A DNA stretch of 64,000 nucleotides from Mantamonas sphyraenae STR306. Taxonomy: Eukaryota; Protista; CRuMs. The number at the start of each line of letters is the position of its first letter. Within the stretch, counting starts at the first letter, position 1. The notes beneath the pieces were generated by a model that was not told where the DNA came from, made no database searches, and worked only from the letters and a program-made list of their open reading frames with translations. The stretch is from assembly GCA_026936335.1 (NCBI GenBank), contig JAPMXV010000024.1, positions 1-64,000 on the forward strand, written 5' to 3'. Below are positions 22,719 to 33,130 of this stretch, in pieces. Made by a program: the position numbers and the translations under genes.

Positions 22719-22776
22719 AACCTGGCATTCAAAACACAAATAATGCCACAACCCATTCTTTTCTAAAGAGGAAAAC
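22719..22776 (+). promoter_or_regulatory. Conserved histone 3' element (H2B copy)
   Basis: AACC-TGGCATT-CAAAACACAAAT-AATGCCA-CAACCCATTCTTTTCT-AAAGAG-GAAAAC. Confidence 0.85.
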
Positions 22777-22896
22777 ACCCCTTCTGTGTACAAACGATAA
22801 ACCGTTCCACCCCCTCTCATCACCACGCTCTCCTGCACACCAAACCCCAACCGACAATTCCCGTTCCCCATTTCCCAAACCATGCTTCCATTTCCG

Positions 22897-23223
22897 TCAC
22901 CCTTCGATCTCCACAACATCCTCATCTGCTGCAACCTCCTTGCCCTTTGCATCGTTGTCGTCCTCCTCCTTGTCAACACCCCCCACGCTCTGCGTGATGG
23001 CCATCCCCAGCGACTCCTCGCTTCCGTCCCCAAACATGCCCGAAAAGTCCAGCACCGTGATGTCGTACAGATCATCGCTTCCCTGCGTGCCTCCAAACAG
23101 CCAGATCTGGTTCCCCACCACGTTCGCAGTGTGGCCGTGGCGTCCCGGACGGTGCACCCCGCCCACAGGCAGCGAGATCCAGCGGTTGTTGGCCAGGTCG
23201 GCAAACGCCACCTTGTCCATCAT
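22897..23223 (-). CDS. Small protein with a single Kelch/galactose-oxidase blade and an acidic tail
   Basis: DLANNRW...RPGRHGHTANVVGNQIWLFGG...LYDITVLDF fits the Kelch pattern R-x-GH-x6-I-x-LFGG; coding-like codon use. Confidence 0.65.
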   Translation of the reverse strand: MMDKVAFADLANNRWISLPVGGVHRPGRHGHTANVVGNQIWLFGGTQGSDDLYDITVLDFSGMFGDGSEESLGMAITQSVGGVDKEEDDNDAKGKEVAADEDVVEIEG

Positions 23224-23296
23224 CTTCCCTCAAAACCATCCCTCTCTTCCCACACACCCCCACCCAACCAACCATAAACCCTCCCGACAACAAAAA

Positions 23297-24473
23297 ATGT
23301 CGTCCGACAACAAAAACTTTTCCCTGACCGAGCACAACGTAGTCTGCATTGACTACGCCAGCCTTGAAGAAGGCGCCGACCTGCACGAGGCCATCGAAAC
23401 CGCATACGGTCTCGAAGGCTTGGGCATCCTCGTCGTGTCCAACATCCCAGGCTTCGTCGAGGCCCGCCAAAACCTCTTGCCCCTGGCACGAACCTTTGCC
23501 AACCTGCCCGACGAGGCAAAGGCCAAGACCGAACTTCCCGAAACCAGCTATAGTTTCGGCTGGAGCCACGGCAAGGAAAAGTTCAAGGGCCGCGCGGGTA
23601 AGCGGAAGATTCTGGAGGGCAGCCGTTTGCGCAGAAAACTTCCGCACCGCCACTGACACTGCCACAGACACCATGAAGGGTTCCTACTATGCCAACCCGG
23701 AACACGATCGACCCGTCGACGATGAGGAGCTCATCAAGGCCCACCCGCACACCCTTTCACCGAACGTTTGGCCCGACGAGGATTTGCCCGAATTGGAGCC
23801 GGCCTTCAAGGAACTGGGCCAGCTCATCACTCGCGTCGGCAAAATGGTCGCCACCCACTGCGACAACTTTGTACACGACCGCACGGACAAGTACGAAGAG
23901 GGCCGCCTGCTCAGGCAGCTGCAGGAGTCGCTTGCGTGCAAGGCGCGCCTTTTGCACTATTTCCCGCAATATGAGACGGCCGAAGATGCCGACAAGCAAG
24001 AGGGCAAGGAGGACGCCCAGGACAGTGAGCCCGATTACGCCTCGTGGTGTGGCTGGCACCTGGACCATGGCAGCATCACGGGCCTCACATGTGCCATGTA
24101 CATCGACCACGACGGCAACGAGGTGGAGTGTCCCGACCCGGAGGCTGGTCTTTACATTGAGACCCGTGACGGCAGCATCACACGTGTTGTCTTCCCTCCA
24201 GACATGCTTGCCTTTCAGATTGGCGAATGTGCTCAGATCCAGTCTGGAGGCAGGCTGCGAGCCACTCCCCATTGTGTGCGTGGTGCCCAGGGACCCAAGG
24301 CCGTGGGCGTCTCCCGAAACACCCTCGCCGTGTTCATGGAACCCAACTTTGATTGGACCCTGGATCTGCCCGAGTCTGGCGAGGATCCCCAGATCAACGA
24401 CTACGAGGAGCGTGACCCGCCCATGACCTTTGGTGATTTCGACAAGATTCGCATCGCCCAATACTACTCCTGA
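23297..24473 (+). CDS. 2-oxoglutarate/Fe(II) dioxygenase (isopenicillin N synthase/DIOX-like), 2 exons (23297-23597, 23668-24473)
   Basis: GLGILVV, YSFGWSHGKE, RLLHYFP, WHLDHGS (HxD), TPHCVR (His), SRNTLAVF; GT-AG intron. Confidence 0.9.
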
Positions 24474-24539
24474 ACACACACTTCAATGCAATGGTGAATG
24501 TTGTTTTGCCCCCCACCCCCCTCAACCACCACTCTCCTC

Positions 24540-25700
24540 TCATTCTGCCTCTCCCTCGCCTTCTGCATCGTTTGCCCCCAGCATCAGTTCTGCAAACTCT
24601 TCCCACGTGTGAACCACCGTCACCTCCACATCTGGGTTCCGTGCAGCGTTGCGCAGCTCACGTTCCTCCTCGTCGTCTCCGCCGCCACCGAGAAACAGAA
24701 ACAGGTGGTCGACGTACGGGGACACCAGTTGGAGCACCTGGAAATGGTCGTCGATGAAGTGTGTGATGCCTGCCTCTTCGCATACAGGCAGCTTGTCCTC
24801 ACGGTTGGGTACAAAGTGCAGCCTCTCCTCGCCCACAATACCCGTGCGAGTCTCGAAATCGTGTGCCGCCATCCACTCCCGCGTTTTTCGTGTAATCGTC
24901 GATTTGGCCTTGCTCACAATGTGTGCTCGTCCCTCCGCAAACGGCCCTGCCGTCAGCTTGCCCAGGCTTTCAAACGCCCCGTCCACCTCGGGCGTCTCCA
25001 GGTACCCGTCGCTAAAGAATGATGTGTCTTCGCTGCCCGACTTTGCGATCAGCACGCCGCCCACGTCGACTCCCAGCACACACGAGTCGTCAGGAACAAA
25101 CGGCGCCTTCTTTTCCCGATCTGCATGGCTGATTCCGTTCCCATGGCCGCCACTCCCGCCCTCATCCTCGTGTCGGTGGTGTTCCTTGCGCTCCCTGTGT
25201 CCGCCATGCTCCCTGTGCTCCCTGTGCTCCCTGTGGCCGCCCACGTCGCGTTTGCGCTGATGTCGTCTGCCGTCGCGACGCGCCGTCCCGGCTCCTGCAC
25301 ACACGGGACACCCTGCAGCGTCCACTCCTTCGCTCTCCTGCTCCGCAAGATATCCAGACAGGCAGTATGGGTGGAACACATGCACCAGACTCTCTCCACG
25401 TGCCTCACGCACCGAAAAACACCCGTACCGGTGCGTCTCCTCGTTGTACACCGTCGCCACCATGTTGCCATCGCCCGCCTCTCCACCACCGCTCGATTCC
25501 CGCTCCTTTGATCCCAGTTTCCCGCCACACAGGCCACACAGTGCCTGCACACCGCGTCCTCCACGTCCTTCCTGCGTCACATACTCCACATCCCGTTTGC
25601 GGAACGCAAACTGCATCATCCCGTCCTTCAGCACATCCTTTTCGTTCTTTATGCACAGTTGTGTCCACACGCCACCCTCACTCGTCCCCGTGCTGCTCAT
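24540..25700 (-). CDS. RING-like zinc finger fused to a HAD-superfamily (nucleotidase-like) domain
   Basis: CGLC...HVFHPYC...CPVC, a His/Arg-rich linker, then GVDVGGVL, HIVSKA, DK and HFIDD (HAD motifs I-IV). Confidence 0.75.
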   Translation of the reverse strand: MSSTGTSEGGVWTQLCIKNEKDVLKDGMMQFAFRKRDVEYVTQEGRGGRGVQALCGLCGGKLGSKERESSGGGEAGDGNMVATVYNEETHRYGCFSVREARGESLVHVFHPYCLSGYLAEQESEGVDAAGCPVCAGAGTARRDGRRHQRKRDVGGHREHREHREHGGHRERKEHHRHEDEGGSGGHGNGISHADREKKAPFVPDDSCVLGVDVGGVLIAKSGSEDTSFFSDGYLETPEVDGAFESLGKLTAGPFAEGRAHIVSKAKSTITRKTREWMAAHDFETRTGIVGEERLHFVPNREDKLPVCEEAGITHFIDDHFQVLQLVSPYVDHLFLFLGGGGDDEEERELRNAARNPDVEVTVVHTWEEFAELMLGANDAEGEGEAE

Positions 25701-25872
25701 GCGCTGGTCCCTGTGTGGTTTGTGTGTGTCTGCCGTCGTCGACTTTTTGACAACCCCATCCACACACACACACACACACACACATCCCACTCCATCAAGA
25801 GACCAGTCCATCCTCTTTGTTCCACCTTTTGCTTTCCAATCCCTTTGAATTTTCCAATCCCTTTGCATTCCC

Positions 25873-26339
25873 TCACATCACAAACGAGAGGAATCCCAAC
25901 ATCAGCGCCACACCCCCCGCAGGCGTTGCACGTGTGTCGTCGCTGTAGTCCAAAGCCTTGGCATACAGCGGACCACAGAACAGCACCGTTCCGGTGGCCA
26001 GCAGCACTCCCGTCACGTTCGGGTTGCGTGCAAGCGGCGTCGCAAGCATGGCCAGCGCACCCATCCCGTGGTACTTGTTTGCCGTGCTAAACAGCTGCAC
26101 ACACACACACACACACGGATCCATAGTGTCAGCGTATCCGTGTCTCACACCTCAGTGTCCATCTCTCGTCCCACGTCGCTCCCCCACCCCACACGCACCT
26201 CTTGACGATATTGGAGAAGATCCCGCGAAGCATCATCCTCCGCGTCTGCCTCCTGCATCTTGAACGCATGCGCCTGGTAAGCACCCATGGCCACAGCTGT
26301 GGCTCCAGCAATTCCTCCCACGCGACGGAAAGTGGACAT
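25873..26339 (-). CDS. TMEM256: TMEM256/DUF423 small membrane protein, 2 exons (26339-26199, 26094-25873)
   Basis: GATAVAMGAYQAH...FSTANKYH...GTVLFCGPLY...TPAGG. Confidence 0.85.
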
Positions 26340-26415
26340 TGTGTGGTTTGACGATTCCAATGCCCGCCGCAACGCAACCCAACCCCCGCCCCACCTTCCC
26401 CGCTTTTTCCCAATC

Positions 26416-27000
26416 ATGTGGCGTCTCACCCTGCTCATTGCCTTTGCTCTCCTCATGCTGGTGGCTGCCAACGACGCAGATGTCAAGTTCAATGTGCAGT
26501 CGGAAGGCACTGACGGTCTGGACTGTGAGCACAAGGCGGCCAATGGCGATCGCGTGAGCGTGCACTACGCGGGACGCCTCGCACGCAACGGTCGCGAGTT
26601 TGACAACAGCCACAAACGCGGCAAACCGTTTACGTTTGTGTTGGGTGCCCGTCAGGTCATTCCCGGCTGGGACATGGGTGTCAAGGGCGCCTGCAAGGGC
26701 GAGAAACGCAAACTGACCATCCCTTCTCGGTACGGCTACGGTGCACGTGGCGCAGGACGTGCCATCCCAGGCCATGCCACCCTTGAGTTTGACGTCGAAA
26801 TCGTCGACATCCTTCCGGCCGGAGCCCCGCCTCCACCGGATACACGCACCACGGTGGAAAAGATGCGTGACAACTGGCCCTCCCTTGTTGCCGTCGCCGT
26901 CGTCATCCTTGCCCTTTCCTACTCTTTGCTGTGCACCGATTCGCCCGACGCAGCGACTCCCACCGCCACAAAGACCAAGCGCAGTGCCAAGCACAAGTAA
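26416..27000 (+). CDS. ER-type FKBP peptidyl-prolyl isomerase (signal peptide, C-terminal TM, basic tail; FKBP2/FKBP11-like)
   Basis: GDRVSVHYAGRL, FDNS, LGARQVIPGWDMG, LTIPSRYGYG, ATLEFDVE. Confidence 0.92.
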   Translation: MWRLTLLIAFALLMLVAANDADVKFNVQSEGTDGLDCEHKAANGDRVSVHYAGRLARNGREFDNSHKRGKPFTFVLGARQVIPGWDMGVKGACKGEKRKLTIPSRYGYGARGAGRAIPGHATLEFDVEIVDILPAGAPPPPDTRTTVEKMRDNWPSLVAVAVVILALSYSLLCTDSPDAATPTATKTKRSAKHK

Positions 27001-27027
27001 ATCACATCGATGACGACGTCCTTTCTT

Positions 27028-30000
27028 TCATTTCTCCAGCAGCTGCTGCATGCGCTGATGACCACGCAGAGCCACCAGTTGGCTCACTGTCGTCCACTTC
27101 CATTCCTGGGCTGCACGCAGAAACACACTTTTGAGTCCCAGAGCGCCCTCGTGGCTGTTTCCGGAGGACGACAACGACGAGCCACCCTCGCCACCCACGC
27201 GAGCACGCACCTTGGTTTCCACCTCGGCGCCGTGCACCATGAGCATGGCAAACATGTTGACACTGGTTTCGTCCTCGTCGTGTGCCTCTGCCAGGATGGA
27301 GAGTGCCGTTTGTTGCGATCCGTTGCGATGGTTGACATCCACCTTGGGATAGGTGATGAGGACGTTGAACACCGTCAGACTGCGCTCACGCACAGCCACC
27401 ATCAACGGCGTGTCGCCCTCCTTGTCCACCGCGTTCACATCCGCCTTGGCACTCAGAAGCCTCCTGGCAATCATCACCTCTGTGTTCGTCGTCGAGCCAC
27501 CCAGGCTGATCTTGCCATCTCCACCACTCCTTGACCCAGAGCTTTGTCCGGCGTCGCCATTCGACCCACTGCCACTGCCACTGCCACTGCCACTTCCGCT
27601 GCTTCCTGTGCCGTCCACAGCTGGCAACGCCAACACATGCAACGCCGTCATCCCATCTTCGTTGCGCACATTGCTGTCGTGTGACTTGTTTCGCATCTTG
27701 TGGATGATCCGTGTCAGCGCCTCCATGTTGCGCGTGATCACAGCGTGATGCAACGCAGGCTGGCTCGCCAGCTTCCGCGAATCCATCACTCCGCCGTGGC
27801 TCGCAGACACGCCCGCTTGCACCGCTGCTGCCGTTGCCGCCGATGACGACGATGACGACGACGACGACGATGAGGCGAATGACTTGGAGCCCCCGCCGCT
27901 GCCACTCGATCCCCATCCACGACGCGTGTCCACCACCACGGTTTCGTACACGTTGCGCGATTGCCGGGCCTGTCGCAGTAGATCCAAGAGCACTGTGTTC
28001 TGTGAGCGGTACGCCACCTCCACAGCATTGTCCCCGTTGCGCGCCATGCGATCGGGATCCGCCCCAGCGTCGAGCAGTGCACGCATCAACGCAGCCTGTT
28101 CGGGGCTCTCCTGCCTGCGAGCAAGCAACACAGGCACAGGCGCACCTGTGGCCCTGTCCTGAGCGTTTGGATCGGCGCCATGGTGCAACAGCCGGCGTGC
28201 AAGCACATACCGACCCTCATTCACAGCCAGGCTCAGCGGCGTCGCACGGTCATCGTTCGCCGCGTTCACATCCGCACCAGGAACACGCACCAGCACATCC
28301 AAACATGCCACCAGCGCCGTTTCGCCACCAATCACACGTGACAGCGTCGCCGTGGCCAAGCAATGCAACGGTGTGTTTCCTTGCACATCCCTGGCCACCA
28401 CCTGACCCGAGTGGATGTCCAACACACGTCGCACGGCACGCACATCGCCTCCAGCCACTTCGTGGTGCAGCAGCGTACGATGCTCCGGATCCATCAGCGC
28501 CAGCATCCGCACATTGTTGTTCCGTCGCGCCACACGCTCCACCGTCTCGCCATCCACAAACGGGTTGCGCATGCTTGCGTCCGCCCCATGTTCCAACAGC
28601 AGTGCAAACATGTCCACGTCTGCCTCCTGCTCCTTGTCCGACGCCAACACCAGCAGCGGCGTGCGGCCCTCGGCATCCGCAAGGTTCGCGTCCGCTCCAC
28701 GTTCCAGCAGCAATGCCACCATATCCACGTTGCCCGCATGCGTAGCAATCAACAGCGGTGTCTCTCCACTCGCACTTGTTGCGTTCACCTCGGCTCCGTA
28801 GTCCAGCAGCAGCCGTGCAATCGCCTGCTGGTGCTCGTCCAAAATTCGCCGCTCTTCCTTGGTCGGTTCGGCCTCTCCTTCCACCTGCTGCAACGCAAAC
28901 ATGGCGTAATGCAACGGAGTGTATCCTTGCACGTCCAACGGGTCCACTGCCAGCGCAGGCAACGAATCGTGGTGCCGTTGTGCCACGTGTTGACGCGCTC
29001 TCCCACCATTTCGCCGTTGCTGCTCCTGTCGCTTCATCTCCTCTTCCAGAATATCGATGACCGCAGCCAAGTCCCTGTCCACCGCCGCGTAGTGCAGTGC
29101 CGTCATTTCGTTCGGATCCAACAGGTCGATCAGCCGCTTGCTCCCCATTTGTTGAGCCATCATCCACGCCGCCTGCTTCTCCGCCTGCAACTCGTCGTCG
29201 CCCAGAAGAGACAAAAGACGTGACATCATGTCCACCAGTTTGTCGTCTTCTGACTGTTCGGCAAGTGCAAGCAGCACGCTGCGACCGTTCTGATCCACCA
29301 AGCGCGGGTTTGCGCCCTTGTCCACCAGCCGATGGAACAGAAGAAAGTTGTACGATCCTCCTTCTGCCGCCAGCAGCAACGGCGTCTGACCCTGGAACGA
29401 GGCCAAATCCACATTGGCACCGTACTCCAGCAGCACATTCAACACCGCCATGTACTCCTCGTCACTGTGGCTGGGTGCCACGTTGTCCATCCCACCACCA
29501 CCGCCACCCTTTCCCGGGCTGCTAGCGGGCGAATCTGTTTCGTTGCTGCTCGATGACGTCGCACTCAGGTGCGTGGCACGGCCCCCGTGAACAGCCAGCG
29601 CTTCCAGACGCATCTTTTCCTCGTTGCGAGTGAGAAACACGTGATGCAACGCGGTCATGCCGTGAAAGTCCACCTTGTCGGCCAGTTGACCCGACGACAA
29701 CAGTGCACGCAGCATGTTCACGTCCATGCGTCGCACCGCGTTGTGCAAATCCGTTTCACCGCGTGCGTACTCCTGCAACAGTGCAATCATGCGTGTGTTG
29801 TCCATGGCCAGCGCTGCATCCAGCACCGTGTCTCCCGTGTACGGATTCGTCATCTGCGGATCCGCCCCCGCTGCCAGCAGCAGCTCAAACATGCGCACGT
29901 CGTCCTCCTGTTCCCCCTCATCCTCGTTCGCCAGCAGATACAGGGGCGTTTGTCCGTCCACATCCATCGTGTTCACGTTTGCCCCGTGGTCCAGGAGCAC

Positions 30001-33000
30001 CGTGAACGTGGCCAAGTTGCCCTGCTGGATGGCCATCATCAGCGGTGTCTCTTGAAACACATTCAGCGGATCCACGCGTGCGCCATACTCCCGCAACGCC
30101 TCCACAATCTCTTGCTCTCGATCCGCCTTCACCTGGCTCGAGTATGTGCTCACATCCTCGCCAGGGTTGCGGAACCCGGCGTAGTGCATCGCAGACATCC
30201 CAATGTAGTCCTTTGCCTCCACCTGCTCGGACCGTCCTCGCTTTGCCAGCGCCTCCAGGCTTTTGTGCACCTCCTCTACACGCCGCGCAATCACAGTTCG
30301 ATGCAAACGCGTCCGTCCGTCCTCATCCCGATCCTCCGCATGCTGGTTCAACAAGCGCACCATGATCGGGTTGCGGCTGGCGTTCACCTTGCCCAGCAGT
30401 GTCTGTCCCTCCTTGTTTGCTATCGCAGGATTGCCTCCGTGCAGCAGGAGCAGCTGCAACACGCGCGCGTTCCCACGCAGCCCCTTGCTTTCCTTCCGCT
30501 TGCCTTTGCCCTTGTCCTTGCCCTTTCTTCCATGCTGCTGCTGCAGCTGCTGATCCTCGTGTTGTTGCTCCTGTTTGCTATTGCCATGCTCTGCCCTCTC
30601 CATCTCATCCTCCTCCTCTTGCTCCGCCTCTTCCTCCTCATCTCCTTCCTCGTCCTCCTCATCCTCCGCCTCGTCTTCCTCGTCGATGCCCACGTGCACA
30701 TAGTGCAACGGCGTCTGTCCGTTGCTGTCCAGCTCGTTCAGCGCAAAATATGCGCCGTCCAGCATGTCCACCAGAACCGCAATCTTGCGGTGTTCGATGG
30801 CATCCACCAACTCCTCGTAGCTGTACTTGCTTTGTCGTTCCACAGGCGACGTCGATCCTCCGTCGCCACTGTGTGATCCTTTGCGTCCTTCGCGTGACGA
30901 TTGGCCACGTGAGCGTGTCGTGCGCGATTTGGCGCGTGCAATGCTCAAATCCGTTGCGTATCGATCTGTGTTGCGCGTGATCCACTGCTTCACCGTGCTC
31001 TTCAGGTCCTTCACGTGCTCTGTGGCCGACAATTGCTCGTAGGGCACAAATGTGGAAAAGGTCAGCCCCAACGACCGTGTGGTGGGCGCATGTTCGCCCC
31101 GACGGCGAAGGTATGGACCAGCGATGCCCACCAGATCGCCATCACGTGCGCTCCAATGCGGCGCCTCGGTGCGGAAGCGAAACACGTAATAATCCAGCTT
31201 GCAGTGGTGAAACGCGTGCATGTCCTCCACCAACTGATCCATGGTCTTGCCGCCCGGATTGCTGCGTTGCTTCAGCTGCGTCGGTTTGTTCAACTCCACC
31301 AGCATGTCCGGTTGCACACGTTCACTAACCACCGTTTCCAACTGCAAGTCTGTCGGGTATTGGCCCAGCTGCCCGCGTGTGGTGAGCCAGTTCACCATCT
31401 CCGACGCAGCAAGGTCCGCCTGGTTCAGGTGCGCCTCGTTGAACAAGTGTCCCATGTCCAACAGGTGCAGCTGCTCGTAAAACAGGGTGCGTGTCTCGTC
31501 AAAGCCACTCACCGCATCGCACATCTCTTGGCTCACGTGAGCCATCAGCTCGCGTCTGCCCAGCCGAAGGATGCTCACAATGGCAAAACACTTTAGCCTG
31601 GGATCACGCAGCCGCAGCGCCTTGATCAAGTGCATGTGCACCACATGGTGATCCAAGTACCCAAACAGGTCCAGAAACATGGCGCCACGGTAGCGCACGG
31701 GCACGTAATCCTCGCTCCAGATCCAATCCCACGATCCTTCGCGCACACGCTGCATCGTCGCCATCTTGTCGTACAACGCCTCATAAATATGAAGAATTTC
31801 CGAAATGACATTGGACAACACGCTGCCATGCAGCATCTCCGATGTCAAATAGTGCAGTGCCAGCTCCAGGCACTCCAGACGCAACTTTGGCCGCGGCAAA
31901 CACAACTCCAGCAGCCGCGGGAAGAAGATGCTCGGGTGATGAGGCACCCGCTTCAGATGCTGCGTCACCAGTCGCACGTCTGCGTCATATGGACGCGTGC
32001 ATGCGCTCTCTACAATCTGCATGTACGCCTGCGCAGCGCCTTTGGTGGGGATCTTGCTCAGCAGTGCCAGCGATGCCAGCTTGCACGGTTTGCTGTACTT
32101 GCCAAACCACAGAAGCACAGAGTCAATATATACACGGTGCGGATGCTCAGCGCACGCCTCAATCAGCTGCGTCGGTGTGTCGATCCAGGCGAATCTGTGC
32201 GGAGCAACCCAGGTTAGCCGTTAGCCTCCAGCCCTTTTGCGCTCAATGCTCCTCCCTGCGTGGCATTCACACCCCTGTGGCCATTCTGCCAGCCTCCCAC
32301 AGTGGGTAACATCCACTGGCTTTCAGACACCCGCTCACACTTTCCATAAACTCACTTGCGTGCTGGCCAGGACTTGAGGGTGGCCAGGTAAAAGGCACAC
32401 AGACCTTCCTCGATACGCAGACCCTTGCCCTTGGTGGCCTTCTTGTGCAGCTTGGCAGAGCCCAGCTCGCGCTCCTGCTCGACGTCGCTCATGAGCAGTC
32501 GCATGATGCGCATCCACGAATACTTGCGCTTGTCGGACGGGAACTTGGAGAGGAAGCGACGGTACGTCAGATCGCGTTCCAGCAGCACAGCCGCAAGGGA
32601 AACCACATCGCCATCTTCCTCATCCTGAAGTGGCACCTGCCCTCCCAGACCCGTGTTGGCTGCCGCCTGAGCACGCTGCCTGTCAACCTGTGTGGTGAGG
32701 GGCAGTTCCGGCTTCTCCGGCACCCGCAGCAGCTGCTGGCTTGCTCGACGCGATCGATTGAAGCTGTTCGACTGCGTCATGCCCTTGCCAGAAGACGATG
32801 GGTTTGACGACGACGACGACGACGACGATGAAGTATCGGGCAGCCCTGCGCCGCTGATGGACCTGCTGCGGCCCACATCCGACACAGGCACCCCAAACTG
32901 GATCGTCGACACACTCGCACGCCGCTCCCCGCGGCTCATAGACACGCTGTGCCTCCGCCCACGCACCATCTGCGCAGAGAGTGTCGTTTGGGACACGCTC

Positions 33001-33032
33001 GGCGGCCGTGGTTTGGGTGATGGTGCAGACAT
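27028..33032 (-). CDS. Giant ankyrin-repeat protein (~1950 aa) with N-terminal HEAT-like/uncharacterised domain, 2 exons (33032-32356, 32194-27028)
   Basis: Many GxTPLH/TAL...LL..GA(D/N)VN units. GT-AG intron 32355-32195 (GCTAAC branch) joins ORF 32352..33188 to ORF 27028..32118 in frame. Confidence 0.85.
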
Positions 33033-33130
33033 CGGCCGGCCCGTTTGTTTTTGCCGTCGCTGCGCAGCGCACGCGCCCCCGCAGCGCCAGGCGGACCAAA
33101 AAACCCCGTCGCACACATTTTCCATCGGTG

